Assembly (NCBI GenBank): GCA_964501035.1
Contig: CAZCRK010000012.1
Span: 1-34,503, forward strand
Direction of reading: 5' to 3'
DNA length: 34,503 nucleotides
Made by a program: the position numbers and the translations under genes. The notes beneath the pieces are model-generated. The model saw nothing but the letters and a program-made list of their open reading frames with translations, had not been told where the DNA came from and searched no databases. This document shows positions 18,026 to 27,900 of the stretch, piece by piece. Numbering within the stretch: position 1 is the first letter of the stretch; each line of letters begins with the position of its first letter.

Positions 18026-19077
18026 TGATTTTTAAGAAGAAAACCAATTCACACTCTATTCTGCAAAAGAGAATACGAAAATTTAAAACCATGAAACGAG
18101 GGTATTACTCGTTTATTATCTTAATTTCCCTATATTTGCTCTCGTTTTTAAATCCTCTATTCATCAATAATAAAGCCTTAGTTGTCAAGTATGATAATGA
18201 GTATTTTTTCCCATTATTTTCATATTATTCTTCGGATACATTTAATCAAAATGGATATGGTGAAGCAAATTACAGAGAGCTTGATAAATCTGTTGAAAAT
18301 GAAGATGGAAATTGGGTCATAATGCCGTTTTATCCCTACCATCCAAATGAGTCTCTCCTTAGCGAATTAAAAGGTGAACCTCCACATGCACCCTCATCTG
18401 AGCATTGGTTTGGTACTGACAATAGAGCTCGTGATGTGTTTGCACGGTTAGTATATGGATTCAATATTTCAATTTCATTTGCACTTGTAGTAACCTTTTT
18501 TGCGTATATGATTGGAATTACAATTGGTGCTACACTAGGATTTTTTGGTGGTAAAATTGACATATTTGGTCAACGGTTTATTGAAATTTTTGCTTCTATT
18601 CCTTTTCTATATACGATGATTATTATTAGCTCAGTTATGCAACCCAGTTTTTGGTTATTAGTTGGAATATTATCCTGCTTTGGTTGGGTAGGAATGACAT
18701 ATTTTATGAGAGGTGAATTTTACCGAGAGAAAGCAAAAGACTATGTATCTGCAGCTGTGTCTATGGGGGCAAACAATAGACGAATTATGTTTAAGCATAT
18801 TTTGCCAAATGCACTAACTCCAATAATATCTTTTGCACCATTTGCAATTGTGGGTTACATCTCATCTCTTGTATCTCTTGATTTCTTGGGATTTGGTTTA
18901 GCACCACCAACACCATCATGGGGTGAAATTGTGAGTCAAGGTATTTCAGATATTAGATATTGGTGGTTAATTGTTTCTCCAATGGGAGCTACGTTTACTA
19001 CTTTGCTTTTAATTACATTTATTGGGGAAGGTGTACGTGAAGCCTTTGATCCTAAAGTATTTTCCAGGTTGCGTTAA
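18022..19077 (+). CDS. Peptide ABC permease (YejE/OppC-like)
   Basis: KRGYYS, HWFGTDNRARDVFARLVYGF, KHILPNA, SLDFLGFGL..PTPSWGE, GEGVREAFDP. Confidence 0.93.
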   Translation: MMIFKKKTNSHSILQKRIRKFKTMKRGYYSFIILISLYLLSFLNPLFINNKALVVKYDNEYFFPLFSYYSSDTFNQNGYGEANYRELDKSVENEDGNWVIMPFYPYHPNESLLSELKGEPPHAPSSEHWFGTDNRARDVFARLVYGFNISISFALVVTFFAYMIGITIGATLGFFGGKIDIFGQRFIEIFASIPFLYTMIIISSVMQPSFWLLVGILSCFGWVGMTYFMRGEFYREKAKDYVSAAVSMGANNRRIMFKHILPNALTPIISFAPFAIVGYISSLVSLDFLGFGLAPPTPSWGEIVSQGISDIRYWWLIVSPMGATFTTLLLITFIGEGVREAFDPKVFSRLR

Positions 19078-20063
19078 TGTCACATAAAAAGCTGTTCGAA
19101 ATAAAAGATTTAAAAACATACTTCTACACCGAAGCAGGAACAGCAAAAGCTGTTGATGGAGTTTCCTTTGATATTTATCAAGGTGAAGTATTAGGAATCG
19201 TAGGTGAATCAGGTTCTGGAAAGTCTGTTACATCACTTTCAATTAACAGATTGATTCCAAATCCACCCGGTGAAATTGTAAATGGTGAAGTCCTTTATAA
19301 AGATACCAATTTACTTGATTTATCGTACGAGGATATGCGTAATTATAGGGGAAAAGACATTGCAATGATTTTCCAAGAGCCCATGACATCGCTTAATCCT
19401 GTTTTTAAAATTGATGTTCAGATGAATGAAGTATTAATGAAACATGAAGGATTATCATGGGAAGAAGCATCCGAGCGAAGTATCGCGTTGTTAGATGCGG
19501 TGGGAATTCCAGATGCTAAAAGTCGGATGAAGGATTATCCGCATCAGTTTTCAGGTGGTATGCGACAGCGTGTTATGATTGCCATGGCCTTACAGTGTAA
19601 TCCATCATTACTCATTGCAGATGAGCCAACAACTGCTTTGGATGTAACTATTCAAGCACAGATTCTTGAGTTAATGGTCAAAATGCAGAGAACTCGGGAA
19701 GAGGCAGCGATTCTTCTCATTACGCATGACCTAGCTGTAGTTGCTGAAATGTGCGATAGAGTTATTGTGATGTATGGTGGAAAAATTCAAGAAATTGCAC
19801 CCATCGAAGAGTTATTTGCAAACCCGCAACATCCATATACCAAAGGGTTAATGCATTCAATCCCATCTCCGGGTGGTGAAAAACAAAATAGACTTGAAGC
19901 GATTAGAGGAATGGTACCACCCATTTTAGATATGCCTGTTGGATGTAAATTTTGTACCCGATGTGATGAAAAATTAGATAAATGTGATACAATTGAACCA
20001 GATTTAATGGAAGTTTCAAGCGGACATCAAGTTCGTTGTCATTTACTAGAGGAGAAAAGTTAA
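19077..20063 (+). CDS. Peptide ABC ATPase (OppD/DppD-like)
   Basis: Walker [28 protein letters not shown]-terminal HPYT and Cys cluster (GCKFCTRC...C...C). Confidence 0.95.
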   Translation: MSHKKLFEIKDLKTYFYTEAGTAKAVDGVSFDIYQGEVLGIVGESGSGKSVTSLSINRLIPNPPGEIVNGEVLYKDTNLLDLSYEDMRNYRGKDIAMIFQEPMTSLNPVFKIDVQMNEVLMKHEGLSWEEASERSIALLDAVGIPDAKSRMKDYPHQFSGGMRQRVMIAMALQCNPSLLIADEPTTALDVTIQAQILELMVKMQRTREEAAILLITHDLAVVAEMCDRVIVMYGGKIQEIAPIEELFANPQHPYTKGLMHSIPSPGGEKQNRLEAIRGMVPPILDMPVGCKFCTRCDEKLDKCDTIEPDLMEVSSGHQVRCHLLEEKS

Positions 20064-21082
20064 TGACAACACAACCTATTCTTAAAATTCGTAATCTTCA
20101 TGTACATTTTCCCATTTTTGGTGGAATATTTCAACGAAAAGTTACAGAAGTGAAAGCGGTTGACGGGATTTCATTTGATGTGTATCCCGGTGAAATACTA
20201 GGTATTGTTGGAGAATCGGGATGTGGAAAATCCACTGTGGGTAAAGCGCTCATCAATGTGCTACGATTAACAGCACCAGATGTTGAACTCTCTGGACAAG
20301 TATTTCTAGAAAATAATGGTGAATACATTGATTTATTATCTCTAAACAAAAAAGAGATGAATCATTACAGACCGCAAATTCAAATGATTTTCCAAGATCC
20401 ATTTTCATCATTAAATCCTCGAATGTTAGTAGGCGATATTGTTCAAGAACCAATGGATTTACACACATCATTATCTGAAAAAGAAAAAAAAGAAAAAGTT
20501 GCGTATTTGTTAAATAAAGTGGGACTATCAACAGAGCAAGCAACCCGATACCCCCATGAATTTTCAGGTGGTCAACGCCAACGAATAGGAATTGCAAGAG
20601 CCTTGGCAACTGAACCACGCATGATTATTGCTGACGAACCCGTTTCTGCATTGGATGTTTCTATTCAAGCACAAGTAATAAATTTAATGATGGACCTACA
20701 GGAAGAGTTTAATTTATCCCTTATTTTTATTGCACACGATTTATCCGTAGTTGAACATATTTCCAACCGAATTGGTGTTATGTATTTGGGGAATTTAGCT
20801 GAACTTGGTAATTCTGATGATGTGTATCATAATCCTAAGCATCCATATACTCGCAGTTTATTGTCAGCTGTCCCCATACCGGACCCTAAAAATAGAAAAG
20901 ATAGACAGCGTATTGTACTGAAAGGGGATGTTCCTTCACCTTTGGCAAAACCAAGTGGTTGTGGGTTTAGAACTCGGTGTCCGATTGTTAAGGATGAATG
21001 TGCGAATGAAATTCCTCAATTTGAGGATGTTGCAACCAACCATTTTGTTGCATGTCAGTATCATGCAGAACCCATTAGTTAA
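20063..21082 (+). CDS. Peptide ABC ATPase (OppF/DppF-like)
   Basis: GESGCGKS, FSGGQRQR, ADEPVSALDVS, HPYT, GCGFRTRC. Start set at ATG 20063 (TAATG overlap, GAGGAG SD). Confidence 0.95.
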   Translation: MTTQPILKIRNLHVHFPIFGGIFQRKVTEVKAVDGISFDVYPGEILGIVGESGCGKSTVGKALINVLRLTAPDVELSGQVFLENNGEYIDLLSLNKKEMNHYRPQIQMIFQDPFSSLNPRMLVGDIVQEPMDLHTSLSEKEKKEKVAYLLNKVGLSTEQATRYPHEFSGGQRQRIGIARALATEPRMIIADEPVSALDVSIQAQVINLMMDLQEEFNLSLIFIAHDLSVVEHISNRIGVMYLGNLAELGNSDDVYHNPKHPYTRSLLSAVPIPDPKNRKDRQRIVLKGDVPSPLAKPSGCGFRTRCPIVKDECANEIPQFEDVATNHFVACQYHAEPIS

Positions 21083-21095
21083 TTTTTCTTCTCCG

Positions 21096-22526
21096 TTAGT
21101 TTAGTATAATACTAACAAGAGCTACAACATCCAACACATTGACATGTCCATCTGAATTTATATCTGATTCTGGAGGGAAATCAAGTTCAAACAAAATAAT
21201 ATTTACCAACGCAACTGCATCGAGAACATTTACCAAATTGTCACCATTGATATCACCCTGAACTAAAGTTCCTAAGTACACATTTTCATCTCCATTTTGA
21301 TATGCTACATATCTAAATGGAACAAAAAACATTTCATCTGTCGTGCCTTCTCCCCAAAATGACCATGTGGGGGGATTACTTGGATTATTTGGATTGTCTA
21401 CAGTATTATCATACGTGCAATTTGCTACAACTTGTGTTCCTGCCGGCAAGTGTATCATGTATTCAGGAGAGTAAAAAAATTGCCAATCAAAATTCCATTC
21501 ATCAATTTTTATAATTGGAATCTGTCCATTATTATTTGGGAGATTTGCATAAATTTCCCATGACTTTCCTAGTAAATGAGCATGAGGTAAAAATTGGATT
21601 AAACTGATATCTTGTGTAATATCCCAAGTTGTGGTTACGTCTGTAATTTGATCTGGGGGTAATGCAAATTGAAAATTAATCATAACATGTTCTTGGACGT
21701 ATCGTTCTACAGGCTCATCCTTGAAAAAAATATTTATAGAAGACTGGTCTGTATGTTCTGTGTTTAATGGTGCATAATGAATTTGAACAATTATGTCGGA
21801 ATTTGCTGGAATCTCTTGTGCAAGTCCTGTTGGCCATTTCCTAGCTATAGTTCCTGGAGCATAACCCCCCAATAAATCAGAAATTAAAACTATTCCGAAA
21901 CCGCCATAACATTCATATCCATAATCAGGATCTTCAGCATCCATTGCATCAGCACTACCTTCGGGCACTGCAACAATCAATGCATGATGAACCGCTTCCA
22001 GATTCCCCGGACGAAACTCAATTGCATCAATATTAACATTCGAGTCAAAATTAGTTTCCAAAATAAAACACCTATAATCATCATTGTAATTACCTTCAAT
22101 AGTATAAGGCTCGTCCATTTCAAGGATTAAATCTGGTTCTCCAATTGTGGAACCTTCAGGAAAATTTGGTATTGGAAATTCATTTTCTGGATTTCCTTGC
22201 TCTGCTCCGGTATCCACCCATTCTATAAATGTATGAATTTGATCTTCGGTTAAAAACATTGCATCCAGCAAATTACTATATTCCATATTGGGTGGCCAGG
22301 GTGGCATAATAGGATTTCCATGCCGTTCATCATCCCCTGCAATTGCATACGCAATCCAGTATCGATCTGCAAAAACTTGTTCATAATTAGTTAAGGGTAA
22401 GAAAGCTCCAATTTCACCATCTCGATGACATTTTGTGCAGTTTTCATAAATAATCGGAGAAATGTCCTCACTAAAATTGACACCAAAACCAAGCGCCGTA
22501 ACTAGAATTAAAGTTAAATTTTTCAT
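21096..22526 (-). CDS. Secreted heme c + copper type II (PHM/DBH-like) monooxygenase with C-terminal dockerin
   Basis: Signal peptide MKNLTLILVTALGFG; CTKCH plus MPPW; DDYRCF; VHH, QIHY, PHAH and DEMF copper-ligand pattern; WNFDWQ..Y; duplicated D-x-N-x-D-x-x-VNVLD dockerin at 21099-21257. Start set at ATG 22526. Confidence 0.85.
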   Translation of the reverse strand: MKNLTLILVTALGFGVNFSEDISPIIYENCTKCHRDGEIGAFLPLTNYEQVFADRYWIAYAIAGDDERHGNPIMPPWPPNMEYSNLLDAMFLTEDQIHTFIEWVDTGAEQGNPENEFPIPNFPEGSTIGEPDLILEMDEPYTIEGNYNDDYRCFILETNFDSNVNIDAIEFRPGNLEAVHHALIVAVPEGSADAMDAEDPDYGYECYGGFGIVLISDLLGGYAPGTIARKWPTGLAQEIPANSDIIVQIHYAPLNTEHTDQSSINIFFKDEPVERYVQEHVMINFQFALPPDQITDVTTTWDITQDISLIQFLPHAHLLGKSWEIYANLPNNNGQIPIIKIDEWNFDWQFFYSPEYMIHLPAGTQVVANCTYDNTVDNPNNPSNPPTWSFWGEGTTDEMFFVPFRYVAYQNGDENVYLGTLVQGDINGDNLVNVLDAVALVNIILFELDFPPESDINSDGHVNVLDVVALVSIILN

Positions 22527-22532
22527 AGTAGT

Positions 22533-22561
22533 AATATAATTGATAATCATTACTAAAACAA
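22533..22561 (-). promoter_or_regulatory. Candidate sigma70 promoter giving a leaderless monooxygenase mRNA
   Basis: Minus strand TTGTTT-17 nt-TATATT-6 nt-ATG(22526); no SD. Confidence 0.45.
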
Positions 22562-22633
22562 AATTTTGAGAGTTTTGGAATTTCTATGTAATTTATATTT
22601 AGGAAGATATATAGGATTGATAAAGGATGTAAA

Positions 22634-23629
22634 GTGAAAAAAATAATAGCAATAATTACACTATTTTCGTGTGGTTTTTCACAAAACAATGTATGTTTTG
22701 AAGTTGAAACAAACCCTTTTGCTGGCATTGCATTGTCAAGTTTTACTAAATATATTCGAGTTTTAGATTGTATTGATGTGTTTGCTGAATCACAGGTTTC
22801 AGATGAAAAAATTCTTCATACTGCTTCAGTTGTTGCTGAACTTCTCGATAATGATGAAAATGGAATAGTGGATGATCCAGCATTAGAAATATCTCTTAGA
22901 AATCTTGATACCATGATGCCAATATTTAATTCTGAATGGTCATCTGGTCAAAATAATGTATTTGATTATTATAATGGATGTTTAGGTGCAGCCTTATATA
23001 AAAATGAAATTGATCCTTCACAGCCCGGCCATTGGGGAAATGATGCAACAGTAGAAGAAGTATTGCATACTATAAATGCTTGTGGCCATGTAGAAGTGTA
23101 CCCTGATGTATTTAGTTTATCACCGAATTCATCGCCTTTAACTGATGCAATGGATATTGCACGAGGTGGACAATTTATCAATATCCCAAACAACTATCCG
23201 GAAGAAGCGTGGTATCATTACGATGATTGGACGTGTGATTATGAATGTATGGCAATGGAATATTTGTATTGGTGTGTTGTTTCAGATATGGGGATACTCG
23301 ATGATACTCAAACGTGTAATGGTATTGATAATGAATGGGAGTTATGTACTCCGGAATTGTTTGAATCAACAGATATTGCGATGTTTGAAATTGTAAATAA
23401 TCCAGAAAACCATTTACCTCAATTTGCACCAGATGGGAATTATTGTCCGAGTGAAAATACGTTGATTGGCGATGTAAATGGTGATTTGATGGTAAACATT
23501 TTAGATGTAATTACGTCTATCAATTTAATATTGAATGGTGAGTATGCCCTAGAAGCTGATTTAAATGAAGATGAGGTAGTAAATATTTTGGATATTGTTG
23601 GTCTAGTGAATATTATTTTAGGAGAGTAA
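22634..23629 (+). CDS. Secreted acidic protein with EExxH metallopeptidase-like motif and C-terminal dockerin
   Basis: GTG start with AAAGGA SD; signal peptide ending GFS-Q; ATVEEVLHTINACGH and later MEYLYW; dockerin GDVNGDLMVNILD...ADLNEDEVVNILD at 23468-23626. Confidence 0.8.
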   Translation: MKKIIAIITLFSCGFSQNNVCFEVETNPFAGIALSSFTKYIRVLDCIDVFAESQVSDEKILHTASVVAELLDNDENGIVDDPALEISLRNLDTMMPIFNSEWSSGQNNVFDYYNGCLGAALYKNEIDPSQPGHWGNDATVEEVLHTINACGHVEVYPDVFSLSPNSSPLTDAMDIARGGQFINIPNNYPEEAWYHYDDWTCDYECMAMEYLYWCVVSDMGILDDTQTCNGIDNEWELCTPELFESTDIAMFEIVNNPENHLPQFAPDGNYCPSENTLIGDVNGDLMVNILDVITSINLILNGEYALEADLNEDEVVNILDIVGLVNIILGE

Positions 23630-24040
23630 ATGAAGACAGGTATTATAAATTTTGTAATATTTATGCTTAGTATGATTGTTGGTATGATAGTTAATTTTAC
23701 AATAATCATAATTGGAAGTAAGATAATTAGTGTACCTAATGGAATCAATGTGATGGATGCGAATTCTTTAAAAGAAAACATACATTTGTTTAAAGTATAC
23801 CATTTTATATTTCCATTTTTAGCCCATGCGGGTGGTACGTTTATTGGTGCAATATTGGTATCAAAATTTGCAAAATCATTTCAGTTTGTTTTTGCTATGG
23901 GTATCGGACTATTCTTTCTATTTGGAGGAATAATGAATATTAAAATGATTCCAGGCCCACTTTGGTTTAATATTCTTGATGTAACAATGGCCTATATTCC
24001 GATGGCTTGGTTGGGCTGGAAAATGGGAGCAAAGGATTAA
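23630..24040 (+). CDS. Hypothetical integral membrane protein (about 4 TM)
   Basis: 136 aa hydrophobic; AGGAGA SD; FPFLAHAGGTFIGA and P.WF...D...AYIPMAWLG motifs. Confidence 0.85.
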   Translation: MKTGIINFVIFMLSMIVGMIVNFTIIIIGSKIISVPNGINVMDANSLKENIHLFKVYHFIFPFLAHAGGTFIGAILVSKFAKSFQFVFAMGIGLFFLFGGIMNIKMIPGPLWFNILDVTMAYIPMAWLGWKMGAKD

Positions 24041-24066
24041 ATTAACTCACGGTTATTGCACAAAAC

Positions 24067-24098
24067 CAAAACCCCCTCGTTTTCACGAAGGGGTTTTG
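24067..24098 (-). terminator. Intrinsic terminator of tRNA-Phe, probably bidirectional
   Basis: Minus strand CAAAACCCCUUCGU-GAAA-ACGAGGGGGUUUUG then GUUUUG: GNRA loop and U-tracts available on both strands, between convergent genes. Confidence 0.85.
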
Positions 24099-24100
24099 AG

Positions 24101-24173
<73 letters not shown>

Positions 24174-24187
24174 AATTAAGAACCTTG

Positions 24188-24205
24188 ACAAGTCCGAAAA
24201 TTTAG
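24188..24205 (-). promoter_or_regulatory. Candidate tRNA promoter (-10 TAAATT plus downstream motif)
   Basis: Minus strand CTAAATTTTCGGACTTGT, 14 nt upstream of tRNA-Phe; matches the motif at 92-109. Confidence 0.5.
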
Positions 24206-24311
24206 AAACAAACACCCTTATTGACCACGAAAAAAATCTATTATTTTCAAATAAATAATTTCTTTCAAAATGAAAGTCGTTTTAAGTTACCCTCTCGAAG
24301 GGGAGTAGAAA

Positions 24312-24935
24312 TTGAAAGTTATACTTGCAACACATAATAAGGATAAACGAAAAGAGTTAGCAGATTCATTTGCAGACCTAGGTTTAAACATCCTTTCCTT
24401 AGATGATTTTCCACAGGTGGGTGACATTGTTGAAGATGGTTCAACTCTCGAAGAAAATGCACTCATTAAAGCACGAGAAGTGTACCGATTGACAGGATAT
24501 CCAGCAATATCAGACGATACAGGTCTTGAAGTAGATGCATTGGATGGTAATCCTGGAATATATGCTGCAAGATATGCAGGAGAAAATTGTTCATATTCAG
24601 ATAATGTAAATAAATTGATTTTAGAAATGAAGGAAGTTTCTAAGAACAAGCGGTCTGCAAAATTTAAAACAGTAATGGCTTTTGTGGATGGTAAATCGGA
24701 ACTTGTTGCAAAGGGAGAAGTAAAAGGTGAGATTACTGAAACTGCAAAAGGTGTTGGGGGATTTGGATATGACCCCGTATTTTACTACCCTAAATTGAGG
24801 AAAACTTTTGCTGAAATGAGTTTGATAGAGAAAAAAAGTATTTCTCATAGAGGAAATGCCATGAGACATTTAAAAGAAAAATTAAAAACATATTTATCAA
24901 TTCAGAATCATTCTGTTTCAAAGGAGCACGCCTAG
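24312..24935 (+). CDS. rdgB: dITP/XTP pyrophosphatase (RdgB/HAM1)
   Basis: LATHN..K, EENALIKAR, SDDTGLEVDALDGNPGIYAARYAG, GFGYDPVF, SHRG. TTG start with GGGGAG SD. Confidence 0.96.
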   Translation: MKVILATHNKDKRKELADSFADLGLNILSLDDFPQVGDIVEDGSTLEENALIKAREVYRLTGYPAISDDTGLEVDALDGNPGIYAARYAGENCSYSDNVNKLILEMKEVSKNKRSAKFKTVMAFVDGKSELVAKGEVKGEITETAKGVGGFGYDPVFYYPKLRKTFAEMSLIEKKSISHRGNAMRHLKEKLKTYLSIQNHSVSKEHA

Positions 24936-24953
24936 AGATTTATTGCTCCAGTT

Positions 24954-27900
24954 GTGATTAAAACATCTAAAATATACTCAATTTTACTAAAGTGGTTTTT
25001 TGCTTTAGTGGGATTATTATTACCACCAATTCTACTGGCAGGTGAAGGAAACCCTGCACTGTATTTTGACAGGTCAATTCATTATTGGAACTGGTTGCCC
25101 CAAATTGTTCAACCTTTAGAAAACAATGAATTTAAAACCCTATCGTTGAAAAGTACACACCAGCTTAAACACTTGCATGGTATAAACACATTTAAAAAAG
25201 TTACCAATCTAAAGTCAAATAGCGAACTGGGGTTGATTGACAACACATTAGTTTTATACAAACGATATAGTAATGAAGATTTATTGATTCCATCTATAAT
25301 GACATTTGATTGGTATAAAGAACAATCAATTTTAGCGAATCAGATTATCCAGTTTAGAAAAAAAATTATTCAACATTATACTCGGCGAAGGAATACCCAA
25401 AACTCTCACCAAGGTTCAGCAATAAGTTTGATAAATAAACAGATTGGAAATACCAATGTCGCATTGAATATCAAGGGAAATATTTCGATAAACGGTCAGA
25501 TGATTTTTGAAGATAAAGACAATATTGCGTTGAATAGTCAAGAAAATAAATCTTGGGATTTGGACATTAACCAAACTCAAAAGTTTAACATTGAGGGGAT
25601 AATTGGTGAGAAGTTGAAAATAAAAGTAGATCAAGATTCGGAATCTGATTTTGCATGGGAAAATAATCTTCTATTGGAGTTTGACGGAGACGATAATGAT
25701 ATCATTCAAAATATTGTTGCAGGGAATATCAGCTTAAATTTACCATCAACTCAATTTGTGAGTGTAGGTTCTGGTAATCACGAAGGGTTGTTTGGAATTA
25801 AAATGACCAATCAATTGGGACCACTTTCTATTCAAACTATTGTTTCAAGAGAGCAGGTTCGAAAATCCGGCCGGTCGATGAGTGGTGGCGAAATGTCGGA
25901 AGAGACATCTATAAATGACTATTCATTTATTAAGGATAGATACTTTTTTATTGATGAAGATTTTAAACGAAATTTTTATCCTCTTTTACCCGATTACAAA
26001 CATACATTTGAAAGTGAACATGTAATTGGTGAGTATGAAGTGTTTAAGCGTGTAACAGGTTATAATTCATTGGAAGTTGGTATTTATAAAGGTACCGCGT
26101 TTAAGAATCCACTCGATTCGACGAGCTTTAGTGATGATGGTAATTGGAAACGATTGACTGAGGGTGTAGATTATGAGATTGATCCATTTTTAGGGTATAT
26201 GAGATTGAATACTCCAGGAAGCAGTGATGTGGTTGGTATTCATTATAAACTAGCTGAATATTTTGCTGATTCAACCGAACAATTTATACTGTATGAAGAC
26301 CCATTGTTTTCAACTGGCACAAATATTGATGCTCTCTTAAATTACGAAGATTATGATGTGTGCTTGAATGATAATGGATGCACTTCAAATGATTCGCTCT
26401 TAGTTGTTGATGTAGATTTTACAGATATAAATGGTGATAATATATACACCGCTCCACCAGAAATAGCTCTAAAATTGATTAAAACCCAGGGGACATCTAC
26501 TCCAAATTCTGAAACGTGGCCACTTATGTTTAAAAATGTTTATTCATTAGGGGGGTCTGGTATCGATTTGAATTCCCTGGAAGTGGAAATTGTTCATGCT
26601 GGAGGTGATTTGGGAACTGAAACTCACAGTGATGAAGGACATTCTTTTCTCTCAATATTTGGACTAGACACTCTTGATGTAAATGGTAATTATATTCCAA
26701 ATGGTGACGGAAAGATAGATTTGCACGGTAGTTTGATAAATCAAAAATATGGTGAGTTATTTTTACCATTTTACTTACCATTCGCATATGATAATCCTGA
26801 TGATAGTAATGCAGATGTTTGGGGAAATAATCATAATGATTTAAGTGGGATTATTGAAGCTGAATATAATGATTCTGACAACAGTTTTGATAGTGATGAT
26901 AGTGGTCCTGCAATGTATTATTCGAATACCAATCAAGATATTACTGAAGAGCATGAATTCCAAATAGTCGTAAAAAGTTCTGCGCGGTCTTCAACTATGT
27001 CACTTGGATTTATGATAGTCGAAGGCAGTGAACAAGTTGTCTTAAATGGTAGAACTCTGGTGAAAAACGTAGATTACACCATCGATTATTTTTCAGGAAC
27101 GCTCAACTTTTTAACCCCTGATGCAACAGATCCAACAGCCAATATTCAAGTAAGTTATGAAGAAAATGAACTCGTTTCTTTTGACCAAAAATTATTAACA
27201 GGAACACATTTTAAATATGAAATTGATGATAAAAGTTTTTTAAGCGGTGGATTATACTACTATAATCAATCCATAGCTGATGAAAAGGTTGATATTGGAT
27301 TTGAACCAATGCAAAATTTTATCTGGAATTTATCAGGGAAGTATGAGAAAAATGTAGATTTCTTAACCACAGTTGTTGACAAACTACCATTTATTGAAAC
27401 AACAGAGCCATCCCGATTTAAAATTGAGGGTGAAGTGGCGCAGGTATATCCAAATCCCAATCCTTTAGAACAAGCATTTTTAGATGATTTTGAGTCTTCC
27501 AAACGGTCGAGCACTCCGAGTATTTTACAACGTCAATGGAAAATGGCATCTCCACCAAAACGAGTAAATAGTGATAGTTTGTATTCTATTGATAGTCGAG
27601 GTTTTTTAGCATGGTATAATCCGTATGTTGATGTATCTACAACAGATATTTGGCCGAATATGGATGTGTCAACTCAAGCAAATAATACTACTACCAAAAC
27701 ATTGTGGTTGGAGACATTTTTCCATGGAGAAGGGAATGATACCTTATGGAATGGTATTACTACGAGTCTGTTTTCCAGTGACTATGATCAAAGTACAAGT
27801 AAGTTTATGGATATATGGCTAAATGTAGAAACAGTTGAAGAGGATATAATTTTTCATATTGACTTGGGTAATATTAGTGAAGATATGAACAATAATGGAG

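Noticed and set aside
6740..21082. RiPP/microcin biosynthetic cluster (TldDE plus Yej-like transporter)
   Set aside because: No precursor ORF, YcaO, radical SAM, ThiF or lanthipeptide enzyme, and the transporter is an importer with an SBP.
21083..24100. Genomic islet integrated at the tRNA-Phe 3' end
   Set aside because: I saw no duplicate of the tRNA 3' end, no integrase and no obvious compositional shift; the tRNA is followed directly by its own terminator.
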